From contig CANJUR010000001.1 in NCBI GenBank assembly GCA_947477565.1, positions 27,996 to 91,995 on the forward strand: a DNA stretch of 64,000 bases, read 5' to 3'. Within the stretch, counting starts at the first letter, position 1. Each line of letters begins with the position of its first letter. Source of the stretch: Deltaproteobacteria bacterium (lineage in GTDB: Bacteria > Myxococcota_A > Polyangia > Polyangiales > Ga0077539). This document shows positions 16,408 to 24,361 of this stretch, in pieces. The notes beneath the pieces are model-generated. The model was given only the letters and a program-made list of their open reading frames with translations, was not told where the DNA came from and made no database searches. The translations under genes and the position numbers were made by a program.

Positions 16408-18381
16408 GTGACGTTCGGACGCCGGAGGCATTGCCGGACGGTCTACACTGATTCCGTGACTGCACTGACCGTTGACCATGTCGCCCGACACCTGGGCTCT
16501 TCGCAGATCCTCAAGGACGTTTCCCTGACCATCGACCTCGGCGAACGCGTCGGGCTCATTGGCGCCAATGGCTCGGGCAAGAGCACGCTCGCGCGCATCC
16601 TCGCGGGCGTCGAACCGCCAGACGGGGGCACCGTCGCGCGCCGTCGCGGGCTGCGCACGATGATTCTCTCGCAAGAGCCCGAACTCGACGAAACCATGAC
16701 GGTCTTCGAGGCCGCCGAGTCGGGCCTGACACACTGGCGCGACGCGACGCTCCGCTTCGAGGCCATCGCGCACCTCATCGAGCAAGCGACGCCCGATCGG
16801 GATGCGCTCCTCCACGAGCAGTCCGAGCTGGCCACGCTCATCGAGACCCTCGGCGGGTGGGACCCGCGGCACCGAATTCAGTCCTTCCTCGATCGCCTCG
16901 GGCTCACGCGACCCAACGACGTCGTGGGAAACCTCTCCGGCGGCGAGCGTCGGCGCGTCGCCCTCGCCCGGCTGCTCGTCGCGGCCCCGGACATCGCCAT
17001 TCTCGACGAGCCCACCAACCATCTCGACGCCGACTCCGTGGCCTGGCTCGAAGAGTGGATCATGCGGGAATTCCGCGGCGCGATGATGATCATCACGCAC
17101 GACCGATACCTCCTCGACCGGGCGGTCACCCGCATCGTCGAACTCGACCTCGGTGCGGTGACCTCGTACCCCGGCCGGTACCGCGACTACCTCGCGCTGC
17201 GCGCCGAGCGCCTCGCTCTGGAGTCACGAATCGAGGCGCGCCGGGTCAACACCCTGCGACGGGAGCAAGAGTGGCTCGCGCGTGGCCCTGCGGCGCGTAC
17301 CACCAAGCAGCAAGCCCGCATCCAGCGGGCGCACGAACTCTCGGACGTGATCGCCGGCGCGAAGCGCGATGTGGTGAAGATCAACCTCGAGGGCGCACTC
17401 GCCAGGGGCGGCAAGCGCATCCTGGAGTTTCGCGGAGCGGGCCTGACCCTCGGCGGGCGAACGATGTTTCACGACCTCGACCTGATACTCACGCCGGGCG
17501 AGCGCATTGGAATTGTCGGGCCCAACGGGGCGGGCAAGACCTCGCTGTTGAAGCTCATCCTGGGCGAGCTCGCACCGACGACGGGCGAGGTCGTGGTGGG
17601 CCTCAACACGAAGGTCGCTTACTTCGACCAGACCCGCGGATCGGTAGATCTGGAGAAAACGGTACTCGACCACTTCACCGCCGACAGCGACCGGGTGCGC
17701 GTGGGCGACCGCTGGATCGAGCCGCACGCATGGCTCGACCGCTTCGGCTTCGACGGGGCGCGGCAACGACAGAAGGCCGCGATGTTGTCCGGCGGCGAGC
17801 GCGCTCGACTGGCCCTGGCGCTGCTGCTGCGAGGCGAGGCCAACCTGATCCTGATGGACGAGCCCACCAACGACCTCGATCTGGCGACGCTCGCGGTGCT
17901 GGAAGATTTTCTACTCGACTGGCCAGGCACGGCGCTCGTGGTGAGCCACGATCGGTACTTCCTCGATCAGGTCGCGACGTCGATTCTCTCTTTCGAGGGC
18001 GAAGGCGATGTGGTGCACGACCACGGCGATTGGGACGCCCACCGCGAGGCCCGCGACCAGCGCCGCGAGGCCCGCAAGGCAGCCGCGCGAGGCCCGGCGC
18101 GCACCGCCGATGCGCGACGCTCTGCGTCGTCGGAGCTAAAGGCTGCGAAGGCCCTGACGCCCCCGGAGGTGAAAGAGTTGGAATCCCTCCCGACGAAAAT
18201 TGACGCTGCCGAAGCCGAGGTGTCGCGCCTGGAGGCGCTGCTCGCCAGCGCGGATTTCTACTCGGCCAGTAGCGGCGACGCGGTGACCGTCACGTTGGCC
18301 GCCGCGGACACTGCGCGTCAGCAAGTCGAGACGCTCATGGCCCGCTGGGAAGTGCTCGAACTCCGCCGCGCTCCGCGCTGA
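16408..18381 (+). CDS. ABC-F family ATPase (Uup/EttA-like, no membrane domain)
   Basis: Two nucleotide-binding domains: Walker A GANGSGKST and GPNGAGKTS, signatures LSGGERRR and LSGGERAR, Walker B ILDEPTNHLD and LMDEPTNDLD. C-terminal charged coiled-coil tail. Alternative GTG start at 16456. Confidence 0.9.
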   Translation: MTFGRRRHCRTVYTDSVTALTVDHVARHLGSSQILKDVSLTIDLGERVGLIGANGSGKSTLARILAGVEPPDGGTVARRRGLRTMILSQEPELDETMTVFEAAESGLTHWRDATLRFEAIAHLIEQATPDRDALLHEQSELATLIETLGGWDPRHRIQSFLDRLGLTRPNDVVGNLSGGERRRVALARLLVAAPDIAILDEPTNHLDADSVAWLEEWIMREFRGAMMIITHDRYLLDRAVTRIVELDLGAVTSYPGRYRDYLALRAERLALESRIEARRVNTLRREQEWLARGPAARTTKQQARIQRAHELSDVIAGAKRDVVKINLEGALARGGKRILEFRGAGLTLGGRTMFHDLDLILTPGERIGIVGPNGAGKTSLLKLILGELAPTTGEVVVGLNTKVAYFDQTRGSVDLEKTVLDHFTADSDRVRVGDRWIEPHAWLDRFGFDGARQRQKAAMLSGGERARLALALLLRGEANLILMDEPTNDLDLATLAVLEDFLLDWPGTALVVSHDRYFLDQVATSILSFEGEGDVVHDHGDWDAHREARDQRREARKAAARGPARTADARRSASSELKAAKALTPPEVKELESLPTKIDAAEAEVSRLEALLASADFYSASSGDAVTVTLAAADTARQQVETLMARWEVLELRRAPR

Positions 18382-19957
18382 CCGCAGCGCAACGCGCAAC
18401 TGCTTCGGGCCGCGCCTCGGCACGAAGAATCAAGACCTCGTGACGCCCCGGTGGATCAACCTGGGCGTAGTGGTCGCTCTGGAAGGCGCCGTGAACGACG
18501 AAGCGCCACCCGGAGGAGAAGCGGCCCATCGAGGACGACGGCACGACGAACCACGTCGGGTGCCGCGCGAGCAGGAGGTGGCAGAGGCGCGCCTCGCCCG
18601 CGATCGGTAGATGGACGAGCGTGTGGTCGTTGAGACCGACGAGATCGACGGTGACCCGATCGCCGAAGTAGCGGGATGCGCCGGCCCCCTCGACGGCGAC
18701 CACCGCGTTGGGCGCAGTGTGCGCCGCGATGATCAGCGCGGGCGCGGTGTGGAAGGTCGCGATGTCTCGGCACTGCGCTGCGTGCAGGGCCCGCGCAGCG
18801 AACAACGAAGGCAGCACCGCGAACACCGCGGACGCGGCAGCAAACCCGGCGGCGAGCCGCGGACGAGGGAGTTTTTGGGCGGCGACGGCATCTACGATGG
18901 ACTGCATACCGAGCGCCGCGGGCCACCAGAGCAGCAACAAGAAGGGGTAGAGGTAACGCCGGAGATAGAGCAGCACCGCGGGGTTGAGCGCGCGACTCGC
19001 GAGCACGCCCAATGAGGGTGCGATGATGAGCGCCGCCAAGGCCCATCCGGCCCGCGGTGCACGGGTGCGCGCTCGGACGAATCCCGCAACCACGAGACCG
19101 AGCATCAACACCGCGACAAGCACGCCGTCCTCCGTCAGCGTGGCCCACACGAACGCGACGGAACGGGGCAGATCGACGTGGTGGGCCTTCGCGTAGAAGG
19201 TGTTGGGCAGCGGGTGCCCGGTCACGACGAGATCGTATGTCATCCATACCATCGCCGCGGCCGCCGTCGGCGTCGCGAGCGCACATGTCTGCGGGACCAT
19301 CGCGCGCCGCCCCGTAGCCCAGCCCAGGACCAGCAGTGCAGGGGCACACGCCGCGCACTCCGGTCGCGCGAGCGTGGCAAGAGCGAGCATGACGCCAGCG
19401 CGGAGGGGACGGCCCGTCAGCAGCGCCGTGAACGTCATGGAAAGAAGCAGCGCCGTGAGGGTGACCTCCATTCCGCTCGCGGCGCTGGTCGCCCACCAGG
19501 GTCCGAGCGGGGCGATGATCGCCATGAGCAACGCGACGCGGGCAGAGGCACCGTGACCCACAACGCTCCGCGCCAGGACGCCCGCCGTCACGCCGCCGAT
19601 CACTGACGCCGCACCCTTGAGAAGGAGCACGACAGAGAGGCCGGTGACCTGCGCGATGAGCAGCACCCCAGCGGCGCAGAGCATCCAGAGAGGGCTACTG
19701 AACCCGGCCTCCGGATCCGCGGGATTGTAGGTCGGCAGACCATCCCGAAGCAGTCCCCGCGCGTAGTCGAGATGGATCCAGGCGTCGTCGAGGGGAAACT
19801 CCGCGCGGGTCACCGTGGAGGCCCCGCACAGCACCACCGCGCAGAATCCGATCACCGACGACAACAGTCCGCCGAGCAGTAGCGTGCGCCCGCGGATGGC
19901 AGGGCGCGCGCCACTCACACGCACACACCCGCCCGACACACGAGCACCCCACAGCAC
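18335..19957 (-). CDS. Polytopic membrane protein, GT-C-fold glycosyltransferase-like (ArnT/PMT-like); function tentative
   Basis: About 10 or more hydrophobic segments. N-terminal loop motif EFPLDDAWIHLDYARGL resembles the DD/DE loop-1 motif of GT-C enzymes. C-terminal soluble domain. Overlaps the upstream Cys-rich gene by 43 nt if ATG 19957 is used. Confidence 0.5.
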   Translation of the reverse strand: MLWGARVSGGCVRVSGARPAIRGRTLLLGGLLSSVIGFCAVVLCGASTVTRAEFPLDDAWIHLDYARGLLRDGLPTYNPADPEAGFSSPLWMLCAAGVLLIAQVTGLSVVLLLKGAASVIGGVTAGVLARSVVGHGASARVALLMAIIAPLGPWWATSAASGMEVTLTALLLSMTFTALLTGRPLRAGVMLALATLARPECAACAPALLVLGWATGRRAMVPQTCALATPTAAAAMVWMTYDLVVTGHPLPNTFYAKAHHVDLPRSVAFVWATLTEDGVLVAVLMLGLVVAGFVRARTRAPRAGWALAALIIAPSLGVLASRALNPAVLLYLRRYLYPFLLLLWWPAALGMQSIVDAVAAQKLPRPRLAAGFAAASAVFAVLPSLFAARALHAAQCRDIATFHTAPALIIAAHTAPNAVVAVEGAGASRYFGDRVTVDLVGLNDHTLVHLPIAGEARLCHLLLARHPTWFVVPSSSMGRFSSGWRFVVHGAFQSDHYAQVDPPGRHEVLILRAEARPEAVARCAAVSAERGGVRALPSGP

Positions 19958-21516
19958 CCCAGGCTACCGGTGCATGGCCCCCCGGCGGCCGCGCAGCAGC
20001 GGAGCGTACCCACGACATCGGTGCACTCCCGCGCGCCCGCACAGCACTCCGGCGCCGCCGCCCCGGGCGTACAGACAACCGCCTCGCCCAGCGTGCACGG
20101 CGCCACCTGGCACGCGCCACCCCGACAATCCAACGCACCGCAGCAGTCGCCCGCAGACGCACACGGCTCGCCCTCGACGTTGCAACACCGACCCGCCTCA
20201 CAACGAAGCGCCCCACAGCAGCCGTCATCGACGGTGCACTGCGCGGCGGTCAGCCCGCAACAGCGAATCGCCCCCCCGCGCGCCGCACAAATGCGCCCCC
20301 CGTTGCAGCACGCCACCGCGCCCGGCGTGCAGACCTCCCCTGCGCCGATCGCGCATGCGGGCGGGCGACACACGCCGGCCGTGCAGGTGAGTCCGGCGCA
20401 GCAGTCTGCGGCGCTCGCGCAGGTCTCGGCGGACGAGCGGCAGACGCACCGACCGCCCACACAACTCAGCTGACCACAACACTCCGCAGCGCTCGCGCAG
20501 CCTCCCTCGGCCGCGCGACAGCAGACGCCGGAACCCACCGCGCCGCCGCAAACAAGCCCAGCGCAGCACGCCGACGCGGCCATACATGGGCTTGCGACGG
20601 CACCACACGCAGCGACCACCCGGGCGCAGCGACCGCCCACGCACCCAAGCCCCGCGACGCATGCGCCGCCCCGGACGCAGCACGCCTGCCCCTCGGCGCC
20701 GCACGTCGTCGCCGCGCACGCACCCACGTCGCAAAGATTTCCCGCTGCGCAGGCCGCGCCGCAGAGGCCACAATGTCTGGCGTCTCTACGCACATCGACG
20801 CACCCGCCGCCGCAACAGGTCAGTCCGGTGCCGCAGGCGGTTGCCCCGGCGCAGCACGCCTGCCCGCTGCCACCGCAGGTGACAGCCGGCCGCGCGCACA
20901 CTCCACTCTCGCAGGCCAGGCCCGCGGCGCAGGGCGATCCTCGGGCGCAGCACGCCTGAGCCTCTGCGCCGCACGCCACCCGCGGACGACAGACGCCCAC
21001 GAGACAGTCGAAACCACCGTTGCAACGGCTGCCCTCACAACAGTCCTGACCGCTCGCACCGCAAGGCGGAATCGGCGCGCACGCGAGCGCCACGCACCGA
21101 AAACCCGCAGCGCAAAGATCACTGGCGCAGCACGGCTGCCCGGCGCCGCCGCAGGTCACCGGGGTTGCGCAGCCGCCGCTCAAGCAGACGAGGCCCTGGG
21201 CGCAGCGCACACCGTCACAACACGGCTGCCGGACGCTGCCGCAGCTCGGGGCGCTCACACAAATCTCGCGACTGCACGCCGAGCCCTTCTCGCACGCCTC
21301 GCCGGTACAACAGAGCTGACCGACCACGCCGCAGAGCGACGACCCGCGGTCGAAGCCACCCGCGTCCAGCACCCCAGGATCGCCCCGAGCGACGCGCCCC
21401 TCCGCACAGCCACAGAGCACCGCGAGGGCCGCCAGGATCCATCGGCCCGCGCTCCATATCGTCAGCATCTCCGTGCCGCTCTCTACGCGCTCCCTGCGTC
21501 CGGGGACAACCGCCAC
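19915..21516 (-). CDS. Lipoprotein made of tandem 6-Cys (knottin/granulin-like spacing) modules
   Basis: Likely start is ATG 21468 (MLTIWSAGRWILAALAVLCGC). At least 7 units of about 30-32 aa follow, with pattern CG-x3-Q-x-CC-x4-5-C-x5-6-C-x4-C, then shorter C-x6-CC-x4-C-x4-5-C modules. Hand count is about 98 Cys in 533 codons. Confidence 0.65.
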   Translation of the reverse strand: MAVVPGRRERVESGTEMLTIWSAGRWILAALAVLCGCAEGRVARGDPGVLDAGGFDRGSSLCGVVGQLCCTGEACEKGSACSREICVSAPSCGSVRQPCCDGVRCAQGLVCLSGGCATPVTCGGAGQPCCASDLCAAGFRCVALACAPIPPCGASGQDCCEGSRCNGGFDCLVGVCRPRVACGAEAQACCARGSPCAAGLACESGVCARPAVTCGGSGQACCAGATACGTGLTCCGGGCVDVRRDARHCGLCGAACAAGNLCDVGACAATTCGAEGQACCVRGGACVAGLGCVGGRCARVVAACGAVASPCMAASACCAGLVCGGAVGSGVCCRAAEGGCASAAECCGQLSCVGGRCVCRSSAETCASAADCCAGLTCTAGVCRPPACAIGAGEVCTPGAVACCNGGRICAARGGAIRCCGLTAAQCTVDDGCCGALRCEAGRCCNVEGEPCASAGDCCGALDCRGGACQVAPCTLGEAVVCTPGAAAPECCAGARECTDVVGTLRCCAAAGGPCTGSLGCCGVLVCRAGVCV

Positions 21517-21549
21517 CCTGCATTCGCTCTGGTGTATGGTGCGCCGATC

Positions 21550-22560
21550 ATGACGCGTTCACGCCACTTCGATTGCCGCCGCCTCCTCGCCCTCTCGCTC
21601 GTCCTGGGCGCGTGCGGCGGATCCGCTGGCTTCAACCCACCGGTCGCCTACACCTCGGCACAACTCAACAGCGCCGCTCGGCCTGGCCTCCCCGAAGAAG
21701 ACGCTTCCTCCCCTGCCGCAGTCGCTCGCCCCACGTATCCAACGCCCGGCGAGGCAGTCGCGGCGCCTCGCCCAGCTGCAATCCGTGTGATTCACGCATC
21801 GCCCGATCGCGCCGCCGCTGCCGTTGACCTGTACTTCGACGATCTTCCCACGCCGATCGCCACCGCCGTCGCGTACCGCTCCATCGTGGGTGCCGTCGAG
21901 GTACCCGCCGGTGAGCACGCCATTCATGTTCGCCCCGCAGGCGCGGCGGTCACCGTGCCCCCGGCCTTCACTGGCCACACCCCGGCGCTCGAAGCTGCCC
22001 ATCGATACACCGTCCTCGCGCACGGCCTCGTCGGCGGCGCTGCCCCGCACGCCCTCGCCCTCACGGCCGACGCCGACGCCACCGCGGTCCCTGCTTCTGG
22101 CACCGCCCACGTTCGCTTCTTCCACGCCGTCGTCGGCCTCGGCGCGATCGACCTCTGCATCCCAGGCTCCCCGGCACGCCCGGCCATCGCCGCACTGCCC
22201 GCCGTCGGCGCACGGCCCGCCGTCGCCGCACAGGCCGCGCACCCGGCCGTCCCCGCCGCCGCCATCGTCGAAAACGTCGCCTACGGCGCCTTCGCGAGCG
22301 TCGATCACGACGGTCAGGCCAGCCATTACGTCCCGGTCCCCGCGGGCACACCGATCACCCTCCAGATTCGCGCCCATGCCCCGCGCGCCTGCGCCGGCGC
22401 CCTCCGCGGAACCGTCGTCGTCCCTCGAGCCGACCAGTCCGTCGCCACTTTAGTCGCGGTCGGTCGCACCACGGCTCCGGTTTCCCCCCGCTCGCTGCTC
22501 GTCTGCTCCGACGGCACCTATGAAGGCGCGCCGACCTGCACGCCTGTCGCGATTCGCTGA
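21550..22560 (+). CDS. DUF4397-like lipoprotein
   Basis: Internal ATG of ORF 20773..22560 gives MTRSRHFDCRRLLALSLVLGAC (lipobox). Two repeats of the pattern IRVIHASPD..AVDLY.DD... / VRFFHAVVGLGAIDLC... are typical of DUF4397 as I recall it. Confidence 0.55.
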   Translation: MTRSRHFDCRRLLALSLVLGACGGSAGFNPPVAYTSAQLNSAARPGLPEEDASSPAAVARPTYPTPGEAVAAPRPAAIRVIHASPDRAAAAVDLYFDDLPTPIATAVAYRSIVGAVEVPAGEHAIHVRPAGAAVTVPPAFTGHTPALEAAHRYTVLAHGLVGGAAPHALALTADADATAVPASGTAHVRFFHAVVGLGAIDLCIPGSPARPAIAALPAVGARPAVAAQAAHPAVPAAAIVENVAYGAFASVDHDGQASHYVPVPAGTPITLQIRAHAPRACAGALRGTVVVPRADQSVATLVAVGRTTAPVSPRSLLVCSDGTYEGAPTCTPVAIR

Positions 22561-22561
22561 C

Positions 22562-23599
22562 TCAATCGACCGGGCGCACCGCCGCCCGGAGCTTCGCCAC
22601 CTCACCCCGCTCGCCCAGCACGATCAACGTGCTCCCCGGCGTGAGCATCTCCTCGGCGCCCGGATTGAAACGATACGTCCCGTCTTCCGCGCGCACCGCG
22701 ACCACCAACACGTCACAGATCTTTCTCAGCGACGCCTTGCCCAGTGAGTGGTTGGCCACGGAGCACCCGCTCGTCACCGTCGCCTCCTCGATGCGCAATA
22801 CGTGCTTCGGATCGCGCAACATGTTGTCCAGAAACTCCGTCACGTTCGGCCGAATCATCTCGCTCGCGAGGCGCATTCCACCGATGCGATGGGTCGAGAC
22901 CACCTTGTCCGCGCCGGCCTTCCGGAGCTTTGGTTCGGCGCTCGTTTCGACCGCCTTGGCGACGATTCGCAGCCCCGGATTGAGCCCGCGGGCGCTCAGC
23001 GTGATGTAGAGATTCTCCGGGTCGCCGGTGACCGCCGCGACGAGTCCGAAGGCGCGGTCGATACCGGCCGCCTTGAGCGTCGCGTCTTCCGACGCATCGC
23101 CGACCAGATACAGCAAATCGCCCTGCTCTTTGTACAGTGCCTTGAGCGCGACTTCGTCGGCGTCGATGACCACGAACGGCGTCTGCGTAAGACGAAGCTC
23201 GTTGATGACCTGAGAGCCCGTGCGACCGACGCCACACACGATGACGTGCCCGCTCATTCGATCAATGGTTTTTTGCATTCGATTGCTCTTGAAGAGATCA
23301 CGCAGCTCACCCTCGACCACGAGGGCAGTCACCACCGACGCGAAATACACGACGGTGCCGGTGCCGGTGACGATGAGCAACATCGTAAAGGCTCGAGCCC
23401 AGGTGACCGTCTCCATGCCCGGAAGCTCGCCGAAACCGACCGTGCTCAACGTGATCACCACGTGAAACAAAGCCTGAAACCACGTCCACCGCCCGCCACC
23501 CAGATGGTGAATCACCATCGTGCCGCTGATGATGGTGAGGAGCAGCAACCCCGACGCGACCTTGATTCTGCTGGTAATTTCGCGCATCGCCGGGGACAT
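22562..23599 (-). CDS. Two-TM potassium channel with cytoplasmic RCK (TrkA-N/TrkA-C) domain
   Basis: Selectivity filter TLSTVGFGE; Rossmann motif [13 protein letters not shown]; C-terminal TrkA-C-like segment. Confidence 0.85.
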   Translation of the reverse strand: MSPAMREITSRIKVASGLLLLTIISGTMVIHHLGGGRWTWFQALFHVVITLSTVGFGELPGMETVTWARAFTMLLIVTGTGTVVYFASVVTALVVEGELRDLFKSNRMQKTIDRMSGHVIVCGVGRTGSQVINELRLTQTPFVVIDADEVALKALYKEQGDLLYLVGDASEDATLKAAGIDRAFGLVAAVTGDPENLYITLSARGLNPGLRIVAKAVETSAEPKLRKAGADKVVSTHRIGGMRLASEMIRPNVTEFLDNMLRDPKHVLRIEEATVTSGCSVANHSLGKASLRKICDVLVVAVRAEDGTYRFNPGAEEMLTPGSTLIVLGERGEVAKLRAAVRPVD

Positions 23600-23725
23600 C
23601 CTTCGAACACACCCGAGGGCGCGCTGTCGACCCCCACGCCAGCCGAGCGAGCGCGCTTTGCCAGGTTTTCGACCACCCCAGCGCGATCACCCTATAGGTC
23701 GTCGCAAAGGACATCGCACGCCCCT

Positions 23726-24358
23726 ATGCCGACCAAGGTTCATGTCATCGATCACCCGTTGGTGCAGCACAAGCTCTCCCTCATGCGGAGGAAGGAGACC
23801 CCGACGAGCGAGTTTCGCGCGCTCCTCGAGGAGATCTCGATGCTGCTCGCGTACGAGGCCACCCGCGACCTCGCGCTGACAAAGCAGCGCATCGAGACCC
23901 CGCTCGAGTTTGTCGATGCACCCGTGCTCGACGGCAAGAAGGTCGTGATCGTATCCATCCTGCGCGCAGGCAACGGCATCCTCGATGGGATGCTGAAGAT
24001 CGTGCCGTCGGCGCGGGTCGGGCACATCGGCCTCTACCGCGACCACAAGACCCTTCAGGCCATCGAGTACTTCTTCAAGGTTCCGTCGGACATGGCCGAC
24101 CGTGACGTCATCGTGGTGGACCCGATGCTCGCCACGGGCAACAGCGCCGTCGCCGCTCTCGACCGGCTCGTGAAGACCGGCCCCCGATCGATCAAGTACG
24201 TCTGCCTGCTCGCGGCCCCGGAGGGCATCGCGGTCTTCCATGCGCAGCACCCCGACGTGCCGATCTACACGGCCTCCATCGACCGTTGCCTCAACGAGAG
24301 CGGCTACATCCTCCCCGGCCTCGGCGACGCAGGCGACCGCCTTTTCGGCACGAAATAA
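23726..24358 (+). CDS. upp: Uracil phosphoribosyltransferase
   Basis: [25 protein letters not shown] motif [13 protein letters not shown]-terminal [16 protein letters not shown]; 210 aa from the internal ATG of ORF 22748..24358. Confidence 0.92.
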   Translation: MPTKVHVIDHPLVQHKLSLMRRKETPTSEFRALLEEISMLLAYEATRDLALTKQRIETPLEFVDAPVLDGKKVVIVSILRAGNGILDGMLKIVPSARVGHIGLYRDHKTLQAIEYFFKVPSDMADRDVIVVDPMLATGNSAVAALDRLVKTGPRSIKYVCLLAAPEGIAVFHAQHPDVPIYTASIDRCLNESGYILPGLGDAGDRLFGTK

Positions 24359-24361
24359 CCG

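Noticed and set aside
16357-17100. N-terminal 248 codons of ORF 14836..17100, with similar 5' extensions of ORFs 20773.., 22748.., 24362..26887, 37118.., 40166.., 45478.., 48743.., 49771.., 50274.. and 54931..
   Set aside because: The extensions run antisense through, or in an alternative frame of, neighbouring recognised genes. Internal starts give proper signal peptides or family-typical N-termini and 4-nt coupling overlaps.
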